The notes under the pieces were generated by a model. That model was given only the letters and a program-made list of their open reading frames with translations, made no database searches and was not told the origin of the DNA. From IMG/VR virus record IMGVR_UViG_3300044716_000883, positions 1 to 64,000 of that record: 64,000 nucleotides of DNA; one strand, written 5' to 3'. Each line of letters opens with the position of its first letter. The stretch's first letter is position 1. This document shows, piece after piece, positions 38,633 through 47,362 of this stretch. The translations under genes were made by a program, and so were the position numbers. Source of the stretch: a virus.

Positions 38633-38941
38633 ATGTCAGAAGAAGTAGAACAAGAATCAACTGGTAAATCGTTTAAAAACATTATCATTGGTCTAGTTAG
38701 TACAGTTACACTAGGTGTAGGTGGATTTATTACTAACAAATTAACAGGTGGTGGTGATGAAGCAGCTCCTGCACCAGCAGCAGCTCCAGTAATTAACATT
38801 ACTAACAGCAACCAACAACAACAAGCAGCAGGTGGTAAAACTGTAATCATTAAAGAGAAAGCAGCAGAACCAGCTAAACCAGCAGCTCCAGTTAAGAAAA
38901 AAGACGGTGACGAATTTAAAGAAAAAGAACCACAGTGGTAA
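38633..38941 (+). CDS. single-TM protein with Ala/Pro/Gln linkers
   Basis: One TM, then AAPAPAAAP and QQQQ tracts. Confidence 0.55.
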   Translation: MSEEVEQESTGKSFKNIIIGLVSTVTLGVGGFITNKLTGGGDEAAPAPAAAPVINITNSNQQQQAAGGKTVIIKEKAAEPAKPAAPVKKKDGDEFKEKEPQW

Positions 38942-38958
38942 TTTATAAAAAATAAAGT

Positions 38959-39567
38959 ATGCAACCAAATACAGGATTTAGAGAACTATTAAATAAAATG
39001 ATGTCCCGCAGATGGTACATCACAGCTATGGTATTAGGTGGATTCATTGTAATCATTGCTGGTATATTCGCAGCAATCAGTTTACAAACACCAATGGCCG
39101 CAGCATGGAAAGAATTATTAATGTTATTATTAGGTGCCTTCATTGGTAGCTATGGTAAAATCATCGACTACTGGTTCAGTGATACTGACAAAGATAAAAT
39201 GTTAGTACAGAAAATGGATGAAGAAGATGGTGTAGCACTAGGTAGTGTTAATGACATTAAAGAATCAAACAAACCATTTACTCCATTAATTCCAGATGCT
39301 TTCGTAGCAGGTGCAGCAGCCGCTAGAGATTTAGCTGTAGTTGAAAACAAACAAAACTTTGAATTAGCTGCTGATCAACAAGAACATGATCAAAAGTTAG
39401 AAGCTGACCAACAAGAGCACGAGCAGGAAATGGCTAAATTAAAATTAGAACACGAACTTAAAGCACATAGATATTGCGAACATGAATGGGGTGACTCAGA
39501 CAATGATGGTGAACTAGAATGCCAAAAATGTGGTCTATTAAAAGATGCTTACGACGAATCTCACTAA
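38959..39567 (+). CDS. 2-TM membrane protein with a coiled coil and C-terminal Cys/His cluster
   Basis: Two TMs, a duplicated ADQQEH motif, CEH...CQKC. Confidence 0.55.
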   Translation: MQPNTGFRELLNKMMSRRWYITAMVLGGFIVIIAGIFAAISLQTPMAAAWKELLMLLLGAFIGSYGKIIDYWFSDTDKDKMLVQKMDEEDGVALGSVNDIKESNKPFTPLIPDAFVAGAAAARDLAVVENKQNFELAADQQEHDQKLEADQQEHEQEMAKLKLEHELKAHRYCEHEWGDSDNDGELECQKCGLLKDAYDESH

Positions 39568-39585
39568 CCATTAAAAATTAAAAGT

Positions 39586-39825
39586 ATGAATTTCAAACAG
39601 TGGGTTATTGATCTATTCAAAGATGAAAGAGGATCAACTTCAGTAAAACCGGTTATCGCGTTTGTAGGTGCAATGTTTTTATGTGTAACAATGATGTTAA
39701 ATTCATTTTCACATGCAGATTTTGCTCCATCAGCAGAACTAGTAAATGCAGTAATGATTATTACTGGTATTGGAATGGGTGCTGATACATTTGACAAATT
39801 CTCTCATAAAAAGAAAGAAGATTAA
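39586..39825 (+). CDS. small 2-TM protein (holin-like topology)
   Basis: Two TMs and a charged C-tail KKKED. Confidence 0.45.
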   Translation: MNFKQWVIDLFKDERGSTSVKPVIAFVGAMFLCVTMMLNSFSHADFAPSAELVNAVMIITGIGMGADTFDKFSHKKKED

Positions 39826-39835
39826 AAACAAAACT

Positions 39836-39861
39836 AAAGGGAACTTCGGTTCCCTTTTTTT
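39836..39861 (+). terminator. intrinsic terminator with a UUCG loop
   Basis: AAAGGGAAC-TTCG-GTTCCCTTT followed by a T run. Confidence 0.9.
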
Positions 39862-39876
39862 AAATCAAATTTATGT

Positions 39877-40593
39877 ATGAAAAATTTATTAATATTATTA
39901 GGTCTATTACTGACCATAAGTGCGGGTGCCCAAACTGTCGGATCAACGAAGACAGAGCAGTACAAAGCTTCATTCGAAACCAAAATAGACATTAGTCAAT
40001 TTTTAAATTATGAAGGCAAAACAATACCGATTCAGATTCTCAAATGCGGTATTGGTGATGATCTTTATGAGCAATATCCTGAACTCAAAGAAAAGAAAGT
40101 GGGTTTGGGTGTGGCTAACATCACGCTTGAATATCTTGAAAATCTTAACCGCTTTACATTTACAGAAGATAAAACAGAAATTAAAAACAGAATGGTAAAG
40201 CAATTCCAAGCATCACAAGCTGGAATTAGCCAAGATAAATTAGATGGTAGAGGTAAGATTAGATTAGCTCATTACTTCGTTGAAATTGAAGTATACGATT
40301 GGTCAGTTTCAGATGACGAAGAAGTAAACTTAAAAGACGGAGTTAAAAATACAATGGTTACACGTTTAGGCTTACAAGTACGCTTTACAGATGCTGAAAC
40401 AGGAGAAATTATAGCAGCATCTGGTTTAGGTGAAGCTAAAACAACAAGAGAATTAACATTATTATCTGACGCAACAATAGATCCAGTTAAATTTAATCAA
40501 TCAACAGTTAGTATTGCGACTAAAAAAGCATTAGACATTGCTTGTGCTCGTATATTACCTCGTATGATTAAAAAGGGTGTATTTCCAAACTAA
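39877..40593 (+). CDS. secreted CsgG/HfaB-family protein
   Basis: Signal peptide AGA|Q; EYLENLNRFTFTE, AHYFVEIEVYD, LQVRFTDAETGEII motifs. Confidence 0.7.
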   Translation: MKNLLILLGLLLTISAGAQTVGSTKTEQYKASFETKIDISQFLNYEGKTIPIQILKCGIGDDLYEQYPELKEKKVGLGVANITLEYLENLNRFTFTEDKTEIKNRMVKQFQASQAGISQDKLDGRGKIRLAHYFVEIEVYDWSVSDDEEVNLKDGVKNTMVTRLGLQVRFTDAETGEIIAASGLGEAKTTRELTLLSDATIDPVKFNQSTVSIATKKALDIACARILPRMIKKGVFPN

Positions 40594-40598
40594 TTAAA

Positions 40599-40706
40599 AT
40601 GGGAACAAAAGCAAAAAAGAAAAGAGCAATGAGATCTAGAAAATCTGGACTTAAAACAGTAGCTCAAATAAGCAAAAATTTAGCAATCCTTTCAAAACTA
40701 AAGTAG
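40599..40706 (+). CDS. 35-aa highly basic micro-protein (not in ORF track)
   Basis: MGTKAKKKRAMRSRKSGLKTVAQISKNLAILSKLK* fills the gap exactly. Confidence 0.5.
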   Translation: MGTKAKKKRAMRSRKSGLKTVAQISKNLAILSKLK

Positions 40707-40707
40707 T

Positions 40708-41535
40708 ATGAAAAACTTATTATTTTTATTAGTATTTCTTCCAACATTAGCTTTATCACAAGTTAGCACTTGGAGAGGTGCTACGTCAACACCTAGAGTA
40801 TCAACACAATCATTTCAACAATCAACTCCACAGCGAAATGTTAGTAGCTGGAGAAACGAATCACCAAGAGAATTTAATAGACCTGCAAGAACAAGATCAG
40901 GCTCAAATATTATTGTTAATGATCCTTGGTTAGGTAATAACTGGGGTTGGGGATGGAATAGATGGGATATGTGGGGTGCACCAGCATTTGGTTGGAACTT
41001 TTGGCAACCAATGTGGTACTGGAATGATTGGGGTTATAGACAACCTGCAAGAATCTATGTATATGATAATGGCAAGAGAGATACTATTAAAGGCAAAAAA
41101 CCAATTATCAGCTTTGGTATTCAGGGAACAACAGATGATCAAGTGGGTGGTTTCTTTACAATAGGAAATAAAGGATACTTTATAGTAGAATATACAGCAA
41201 GTAATCTAAGAGATAACTCAACATTCTTTCCTTTTGGAAATATAGCTCAAGTTGATTTTCCAATGGTAAACGACTTAGTTCAAAGACAGAGCTTTTATGT
41301 TGGTGTAGGTAAGCGAATTAAAAGAACAGGTATCCATATGATGATTGGAACTGTAAGTGAAGACGCTAAATGGAGAGGTAAAGATGATTTAGGTTACATA
41401 ACATTTCCTAAGTACTTAGATAGATTTACAACAGTAAAAATAGGTGCACTACACGACTATAAAAATTTTACAATAAAGTTTGATTATGACCCAATAATCA
41501 ATAATAGAACTTTTGGATTGGGTGTTAATTTCTAA
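40708..41535 (+). CDS. secreted protein with a Trp/Gly/Asn-rich linker and predicted outer-membrane beta-barrel
   Basis: Signal peptide ALS|Q; alternating-strand pattern; ends FGLGVNF (BAM beta-signal type). Confidence 0.65.
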   Translation: MKNLLFLLVFLPTLALSQVSTWRGATSTPRVSTQSFQQSTPQRNVSSWRNESPREFNRPARTRSGSNIIVNDPWLGNNWGWGWNRWDMWGAPAFGWNFWQPMWYWNDWGYRQPARIYVYDNGKRDTIKGKKPIISFGIQGTTDDQVGGFFTIGNKGYFIVEYTASNLRDNSTFFPFGNIAQVDFPMVNDLVQRQSFYVGVGKRIKRTGIHMMIGTVSEDAKWRGKDDLGYITFPKYLDRFTTVKIGALHDYKNFTIKFDYDPIINNRTFGLGVNF

Positions 41536-41536
41536 A

Positions 41537-42988
41537 ATGAAAAAATGGTTAGTAAGTATATTATTAATCGTTATATGTTTATTCGCTAAGATAGCGAACG
41601 GACAAGTTTACACTCAAACATTCATTGACAAATGCACTGGTCAAACCAAAGTAGCTACAACTACAATGGTTAACGGAAACGCTATCGTTTCATTCTATGG
41701 TCAAATTAAGACATTTACTCCAGCGCAAGTAACAAACGGAGAATTACAAGCTTGGCTTCAAGCAACGTATGTATCCTACAATTCACTAGCATGTCCAGTA
41801 TCAACTCCCGTAGTAACACAGACAGTGACTCAGGCAGTGTCGCAGGCAGCATCACAAGCAGCATCATCAGCAGCAAGCTCAGCAGCGTCATCAGCCGCTT
41901 CATCAGCAGCCTCAAGCGCAGCAAGTGGAGCAGCTTCAGGAGCAGCAAGCGGAGCCGCAAGTGGAGCAGCATCAAGCGGAGCAGCAGCTTCAAGTGGCGC
42001 TTCAGCCTCAAGCGGTACAGCAGCATCCTCGAGTGGATCTTCATCCCAATCATCATCGGGTTCGTCCTCGTCTTCATCTTCTGGTTCGTCATCCTCATCT
42101 GGGGAATCGTCTTCATCAAGCTCATCTGGAAGCAGCAAAAGCGAAAGCAAATCAGAGACAAAATCAGAATCAAAGAGCGAATCTAAATCTGAAAGTAAAA
42201 GCGAATCTAAAGAAGAAAAGAAATCAGAAACTAAAGAGGAAAAAAAAGAGGAGAAGAAAGAAGAATCTAAAGAGGAAAAAAAGGAAGAGAAAAAAGAAGA
42301 TAAGAAAGAAGACAAAAAGGATGATAAGAAACAAGCCAAAATGAATCCTATAATGATAGGTTCAGATCTAACTGTAGCACAAAATCCTACAGGTGGATTC
42401 ACACCAATCATATCATTAAGTATGTCTCAAGCATCTGCTACAGGCGAATCAAGTTGGGGTATATCAAGTATGGTATGGGCTGATTTAAAGTCATTCGCTT
42501 TATCTGCGAATAAAAGCGATATGAACTTTAAGAACGGAGTACTCAAATCAATAGATGCTTATTCATATACCGTTGCTTACGTCGCAGGTACGCATATGAC
42601 TTTTGGTGGTTATACTCACATTATACCACATCCAAAATATGGTACGTTCGGCTATAACTTATCTGTTATTAATATTAAATTGAAAGAAGCTGTTGGTTAC
42701 TCATATTCAATGATGTCATCAACAACAGCATTCTGGACTAAACCATATCAAATAAGCAGAAAATCAACATTATCTCCAGGTGTATTCTTAATGGCGTCGC
42801 CATACACGTACAACAGCAAATCAGGCAGTACATGGAATTACAATGTAATGGGTTTGGTGGGCACAGGATATAGTTTTAAATTGAGTAAACGATTTGGGTT
42901 TAATATTGACTATAAAGCAAGCTTATCAACAGTACCAGGTACACCAATACTTAGCTTCTTCCTTGTAGGTTCAAGATTACAACTATAA
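41537..42988 (+). CDS. secreted protein with Ser/Ala and Glu/Lys low-complexity stalk and predicted C-terminal beta-barrel
   Basis: Signal peptide ANG|Q; SAAS/GAAS and KEEK repeats; amphipathic strands ending FLVGSRLQL. Confidence 0.6.
   Translation: MKKWLVSILLIVICLFAKIANGQVYTQTFIDKCTGQTKVATTTMVNGNAIVSFYGQIKTFTPAQVTNGELQAWLQATYVSYNSLACPVSTPVVTQTVTQAVSQAASQAASSAASSAASSAASSAASSAASGAASGAASGAASGAASSGAAASSGASASSGTAASSSGSSSQSSSGSSSSSSSGSSSSSGESSSSSSSGSSKSESKSETKSESKSESKSESKSESKEEKKSETKEEKKEEKKEESKEEKKEEKKEDKKEDKKDDKKQAKMNPIMIGSDLTVAQNPTGGFTPIISLSMSQASATGESSWGISSMVWADLKSFALSANKSDMNFKNGVLKSIDAYSYTVAYVAGTHMTFGGYTHIIPHPKYGTFGYNLSVINIKLKEAVGYSYSMMSSTTAFWTKPYQISRKSTLSPGVFLMASPYTYNSKSGSTWNYNVMGLVGTGYSFKLSKRFGFNIDYKASLSTVPGTPILSFFLVGSRLQL
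41849..42330 (+). repeat. low-complexity coding repeats (A-A-S, S-S-G, K-S-E-S, K-E-E-K)
   Basis: Imperfect 12-nt repeats such as GCAGCATCA and GAAAAGAAA within the CDS; boundaries approximate. Confidence 0.7.
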
Positions 42989-42998
42989 ATTTGGGTTG

Positions 42999-43021
42999 GG
43001 CAAAATTTTAACGTATATTTA
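42999..43021 (+). promoter_or_regulatory. class I promoter (GGCA-N11-TATATTTA; TTTG 20 nt upstream of the box)
   Basis: Bipartite motif plus host-type -33 element. Confidence 0.65.
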
Positions 43022-43056
43022 TTCTCGCTTAATTAATTAACAAAAACACAATTATT

Positions 43057-43218
43057 ATGAAAAAAGCAACATTAGTATTCGTAGTAGCATTAACATTAGC
43101 TGCTTGCGGAACTGGAAACACTGAGACTGTAGCAACTGATTCAACTGCTGTGTCTGCTGATACTACTGCTGTAGTAGCTGCTGACTCGACGAGTGTTGAT
43201 TCAACTACTACTAAGTAA
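43057..43218 (+). CDS. 53-aa lipoprotein with four D-(S/T)-T O-glycosylation sequons (not in ORF track)
   Basis: MKKATLVFVVALTLAAC|GTGNTETVATDSTAVSADTTAVVAADSTSVDSTTTK*. Confidence 0.75.
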   Translation: MKKATLVFVVALTLAACGTGNTETVATDSTAVSADTTAVVAADSTSVDSTTTK

Positions 43219-43224
43219 TGATCG

Positions 43225-43247
43225 TGGCCTGTCTTTTGGACGGGCCA
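43225..43247 (+). terminator. GC-rich hairpin, probable terminator
   Basis: TGGCCTGTC-TTTTG-GACGGGCCA; weak T tail. Confidence 0.55.
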
Positions 43248-43270
43248 ACTTTCTGCTTTAAATTAACATT

Positions 43271-43636
43271 ATGTATAAGATTAAGAACAAAATAAGACAA
43301 ATACGTAAATTAATACGTTGGATACCTATCTTATGGAGAGATAGAGATTGGGATTATTATTTTGTTTATGAAATATTAAAACAAAAATTAATTGATACTG
43401 AAAAGTATATTCGTAGAGATGGTTTACATGTATTTAATGAGCACGATGCTGATAGTATTAAAACAGCAATCGAAATGATAGAGAAAGTACAAACTGAATA
43501 TCATCTTGATAAATACTTATCAGAAGCAACTGAGTGGACTACTGAGGGAATGAATAAAGCTATAAAGGATCATAATAAAGCTAAACAAGAATTATTCAAA
43601 TATCTAAACAATAACATTGAAAAATGGTGGGACTAG
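43271..43636 (+). CDS. hypothetical phage protein
   Basis: Co-oriented ORF with an A-rich leader. Confidence 0.6.
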   Translation: MYKIKNKIRQIRKLIRWIPILWRDRDWDYYFVYEILKQKLIDTEKYIRRDGLHVFNEHDADSIKTAIEMIEKVQTEYHLDKYLSEATEWTTEGMNKAIKDHNKAKQELFKYLNNNIEKWWD

Positions 43637-43854
43637 GTAAAAAATGTATTAAATGTTTACGTTGGTATCCTAAATTTATGTTTAGAAAGGATGGTAGGGT
43701 ATACCAAGTTGCAACTGAATTAGGTAAAGTTAGAACATGTAGAATATGTTCTTGGAAAGAATCAGGTAGAGATAGTGTTGTAAGATGGAATGGAACTAAA
43801 TTTGAAGTTGTAACTTTAACATTAAAGCAACGAATTAAAGAATTATTAGGATGA
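43624..43854 (+). CDS. small CxxC...CxxC protein
   Basis: CIKC...CRIC. Confidence 0.5.
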   Translation: MVGLGKKCIKCLRWYPKFMFRKDGRVYQVATELGKVRTCRICSWKESGRDSVVRWNGTKFEVVTLTLKQRIKELLG

Positions 43855-43991
43855 TAGCACTAATTATATCAATTGCAGTAGCAACTATTATATCTATACT
43901 TTGGGTTAGAGGTATAGATAACATGAAACAAAATCCTGACTATAAGGGATACGATTTATTTGATGAAGAAGATAAAAACAATATAATATGA
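43851..43991 (+). CDS. 46-aa single-TM protein (not in ORF track)
   Basis: MIALIISIAVATIISILWVRGIDNMKQNPDYKGYDLFDEEDKNNII*; ATGA overlaps at both ends. Confidence 0.55.
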   Translation: MIALIISIAVATIISILWVRGIDNMKQNPDYKGYDLFDEEDKNNII

Positions 43992-44248
43992 AACAATACA
44001 TTAGCCCAATATTAACAGCATGCTCATTAATTGCCCTGTTAACAACAATTTACTTTCAGAATGAAAGAGTTAATCAATTTAAATTTGAAGTAAAAACATT
44101 AAAATCAACAGCAGATAGTTTACACGATGAATTATTTATTAGACACGTTATAAATGAAAGATACGAGTTATCTCTAGATCATTTACAGAAAGTAAATCCA
44201 AATGCTGCTCTTGAGTTTGTAAATTTTATGAACCACGAGACTGAATAG
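43988..44248 (+). CDS. TM plus coiled-coil hypothetical protein
   Basis: N-terminal hydrophobic helix. Confidence 0.55.
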   Translation: MKQYISPILTACSLIALLTTIYFQNERVNQFKFEVKTLKSTADSLHDELFIRHVINERYELSLDHLQKVNPNAALEFVNFMNHETE

Positions 44249-44283
44249 TATCACTTCCTAATTAGCGTATATTTATATATGCT

Positions 44284-44511
44284 ATGATACGATACGCTAA
44301 ACATAATAATAAAGAATACATCGTAATAGATAGCTCGTTTGAAATTAACGGGCTAAAATCCCCACTGCACGTTCAAATTAATATTAATGGTTTTACTCAA
44401 GAGGAAAAAGACTTACTGTATAAAACATCTGCAGTAGCTTTTAATCGTCACATCAATTTCTCTAAAAAACCTACAGTAGCTCCTAAGAAACCTTGGTGGA
44501 ATATTTGGTGA
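44284..44511 (+). CDS. hypothetical protein
   Basis: Preceded by CGTATATTTATA; ends KPWWNIW. Confidence 0.5.
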   Translation: MIRYAKHNNKEYIVIDSSFEINGLKSPLHVQININGFTQEEKDLLYKTSAVAFNRHINFSKKPTVAPKKPWWNIW

Positions 44512-44512
44512 A

Positions 44513-44535
44513 GGCAAAACAATAGCTTAGATTTA
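44513..44535 (+). promoter_or_regulatory. class I promoter (GGCA-N11-TAGATTTA)
   Basis: ATG 4 nt after the box. Confidence 0.6.
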
Positions 44536-44539
44536 AGCT

Positions 44540-45340
44540 ATGAAATTAGTAGTAATAGGCGATATTCATGGTCGTGATATATGGAAACAAATCGTAGCTA
44601 AAGAGCACGACGATACAGATGAATTTATATTTGTAGGTGATTACTTTGATTCATTTACAGTTAAAGGTCTAGACCAAATAAATAACTTTCTAGACATTAT
44701 TGATTTCAGAAACACATCTATATACCATAAAGTAACATTATTAATTGGTAACCACGATTATCATTATTACCCAGGTATTGAGGATAATGGCACCTCAGGC
44801 TACCAAACATTAATGGCGCCATCAATCAAACACGTAGTAAGCGAAAATAAACAATATCTACAAGCAGCTTATCAAGTTGACGAATTTGTTTTTACACACG
44901 CTGGATTAAGTAGTGAATGGTTAGATGATAATATTGTAATGTGGGATGTACCTAATTTAGCAATGTATGTTAATGATTTATTCTATTATCAACCTCAAAA
45001 ATTAGCTTATCGTTCATATAAACAAGTTGGAGATAAAGTATATGGAGTTGGTGGTTATGGTAATGAAACATTTCAGGGTCCACTTTGGATCAGACCTAAA
45101 GCATTAATGGCTGCTAATAAGTCTACTCAAGACGGTAAACTTACTAATAAAGAAACCCTTAAAAACCATATCATTCAGGTAGTAGGACATACACCACAAG
45201 ATACAATTGATATTAAAGGTAAATCTACTGGCGGTAGATATTACTTCATAGACACACTTGAATATGGACAAAATCAATATTTGGTGATCAAAGATGGAGT
45301 CGTATCTTTAGGAGAATTAAATAATAAAGATGAAAAGTAA
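44540..45340 (+). CDS. calcineurin-like metallophosphoesterase
   Basis: GDIHG, GDYFD, GNHD, THAG, VGHT. Confidence 0.92.
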   Translation: MKLVVIGDIHGRDIWKQIVAKEHDDTDEFIFVGDYFDSFTVKGLDQINNFLDIIDFRNTSIYHKVTLLIGNHDYHYYPGIEDNGTSGYQTLMAPSIKHVVSENKQYLQAAYQVDEFVFTHAGLSSEWLDDNIVMWDVPNLAMYVNDLFYYQPQKLAYRSYKQVGDKVYGVGGYGNETFQGPLWIRPKALMAANKSTQDGKLTNKETLKNHIIQVVGHTPQDTIDIKGKSTGGRYYFIDTLEYGQNQYLVIKDGVVSLGELNNKDEK

Positions 45341-45950
45341 ATTCTACATCAAGGATAAACGAACACTAAAACAGAAACTAACTGACTTTGGTCATAGTAT
45401 GTTGTTCTGGAGGGGTAGAAAGAAAGGTATGATTCATACTAGGAATATTACTTGGAATGATATTAGAGCTGTATTCTTCCCTAAGAACTTCTATGAAAAA
45501 TATCATTACTTAGGATCAGTTCCATATAATAAGTTAGGTCCTATTTTTGAAGCAATGGAGCCGTTAGTAATCTTTATGGATTATAAAGCAAAGCCTTGGT
45601 GGTGTCCTAGATGGTTTCTTAGATTCTTACATTTGTTTGGTGATGATAATTCAATAGTGAGAGTTAGGAATAGGTTTCTAAGCAATCTAAAATGCAAAAT
45701 CACAGGACACATTGCAATGATGGACTACAAAACCAAATGGACTGATTATGATTTAAGAATATCAGTTGTAGGAAATAGGCAAGTACAAAATTTAACTGAT
45801 GCTATTGAAGCTAGATACTATGAAGTAGGTTATAGAACAGACCTTGCAGATCAAATCAAAAAATTAGATCCAGATACGGTATATAATAGTGGTTATACAA
45901 TTAGTAGTATGAAAGCAGAATTAATGAGATTAGGACATGAAGAATATTAA
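45330..45950 (+). CDS. hypothetical protein
   Basis: 206-aa co-oriented ORF. Confidence 0.6.
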   Translation: MKSKFYIKDKRTLKQKLTDFGHSMLFWRGRKKGMIHTRNITWNDIRAVFFPKNFYEKYHYLGSVPYNKLGPIFEAMEPLVIFMDYKAKPWWCPRWFLRFLHLFGDDNSIVRVRNRFLSNLKCKITGHIAMMDYKTKWTDYDLRISVVGNRQVQNLTDAIEARYYEVGYRTDLADQIKKLDPDTVYNSGYTISSMKAELMRLGHEEY

Positions 45951-45965
45951 ACCAAAATATTTGAA

Positions 45966-46274
45966 ATGAAACGAGAAGATAAAAATAAGTTAATATTAAA
46001 GGAACTGATTGATAAGATGTTTGAGATGGCAGGACACGATCTTAAATTTGAAGATGTAGAAGATAGAAAGGATAATTGGTTTCAACAATACACAATGACT
46101 GAGGCTCAAAATGAGGAGTGGAGGGATTGGGGTATTAAATTAATAATGAAAAAGCGACGTTATAATAGGTACTTAGCAGATCGCGAAATGAGAATGTTAG
46201 ATTTATATTGTGGACTAAAAATATCAGATTCAAAATATGACACCAAAAGAAAAAGCAATAGAAATAGTAAATAA
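45966..46274 (+). CDS. hypothetical protein
   Basis: Co-oriented ORF. Confidence 0.55.
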   Translation: MKREDKNKLILKELIDKMFEMAGHDLKFEDVEDRKDNWFQQYTMTEAQNEEWRDWGIKLIMKKRRYNRYLADREMRMLDLYCGLKISDSKYDTKRKSNRNSK

Positions 46275-46467
46275 ATACATGAGTATAAGAAGTATTAATT
46301 TACATGATCATTCAATAATATACTTACTACAACATAAACAGTGTGCATTGGTAGCAGTAGATGAGATAATAAAAGCAACAAAAGGATATTCATATGTAGT
46401 GGGATATGATATGTTGAGTCACGATATCTATTGGGAAGATGTAAAACAAGAAATAGAAAACCTATGA
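46237..46467 (+). CDS. hypothetical protein
   Basis: Co-oriented ORF (MTPKEKA...). Confidence 0.55.
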   Translation: MTPKEKAIEIVNKYMSIRSINLHDHSIIYLLQHKQCALVAVDEIIKATKGYSYVVGYDMLSHDIYWEDVKQEIENL

Positions 46468-46667
46468 CAGGTAAAAAACAACCTAAACGCAACTGGTTCA
46501 TTGTAATGAACTCACAACTAGAATACTTTTGTGGATTAATGTATGGTGGTCAGTTAGTATGGAGTAGTGATTACAACGAAGCAAAACCACTAGACGACGA
46601 ACGCAAATTTAGAACGTTACAAATGCTTTGTATGGGCGAGGAACTAGTCTTAGATTATATTAAATAA
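46464..46667 (+). CDS. hypothetical protein
   Basis: Likely start at an ATGA overlap (track start 46431). Confidence 0.5.
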   Translation: MTGKKQPKRNWFIVMNSQLEYFCGLMYGGQLVWSSDYNEAKPLDDERKFRTLQMLCMGEELVLDYIK

Positions 46668-46673
46668 GTAGTT

Positions 46674-46862
46674 ATGGAAGACGAATATATGAAACGCGTT
46701 CGAGAACGCTTCTATAAACAGGTAAGAGAAACAAATTGGGGAGCTGGTGATGAGAAAGTATGTAAACCTAGAGGCCGCAAACCAAAACAATACACTAGAC
46801 CAGATTCAGTCCCTTATAAATCACTAAACGATATAAAACAATCTAAATACAATTGGCTATGA
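46674..46862 (+). CDS. small basic protein with PRGRKP motif
   Basis: Co-oriented ORF. Confidence 0.5.
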   Translation: MEDEYMKRVRERFYKQVRETNWGAGDEKVCKPRGRKPKQYTRPDSVPYKSLNDIKQSKYNWL

Positions 46863-47143
46863 GTAGTATCAGTATAGACGTAGACATTGATGATATCATC
46901 TGGGGAATGGGCTCTTATGATAGAAGAGAATTCTTTAAATCAATGCAAGATGAAGGTTACATTTCTAAATCATGTATCATTACAAAGGATGGTGAAGTTA
47001 AAGCAGCAGGCCATATAGAACGAAATAAAATAGCTGAAAGTAATGATGATTTTAACAAAGCGCTACAAATATTATTTGGTAGGGGTTGGCTGTTAACTAA
47101 GGAACAAGAACAATATGTAATTGAACTAGCAAAACGATTCTAA
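46853..47143 (+). CDS. hypothetical protein
   Basis: Co-oriented ORF. Confidence 0.5.
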   Translation: MAMSSISIDVDIDDIIWGMGSYDRREFFKSMQDEGYISKSCIITKDGEVKAAGHIERNKIAESNDDFNKALQILFGRGWLLTKEQEQYVIELAKRF

Positions 47144-47144
47144 T

Positions 47145-47339
47145 ATGGAAAATAAGTATAAGTTACTACCTCACAATTATTTCGGATTTGAATTATTCGA
47201 AGAAGTATTTAAAGTAATTAATGAGCGTGGTTATCAACACGATGATCAAATGTTTAAAGCTGGTGTAGCAAGCGCCGAAGCTGCAGTTAGACGTTTACGT
47301 GAAGAATACTACGAAGCGATCTCAACCACTCCGTTCTAG
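47145..47339 (+). CDS. hypothetical protein
   Basis: Co-oriented ORF. Confidence 0.5.
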   Translation: MENKYKLLPHNYFGFELFEEVFKVINERGYQHDDQMFKAGVASAEAAVRRLREEYYEAISTTPF

Positions 47340-47362
47340 TAGAGTTATGGATATTTATAGGC

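Noticed and set aside
41715-42411. Alternative-frame and antisense ORFs (41715, 41752, 41830, 41925)
   Set aside because: Products of the low-complexity repeat, which lacks stops in several frames.
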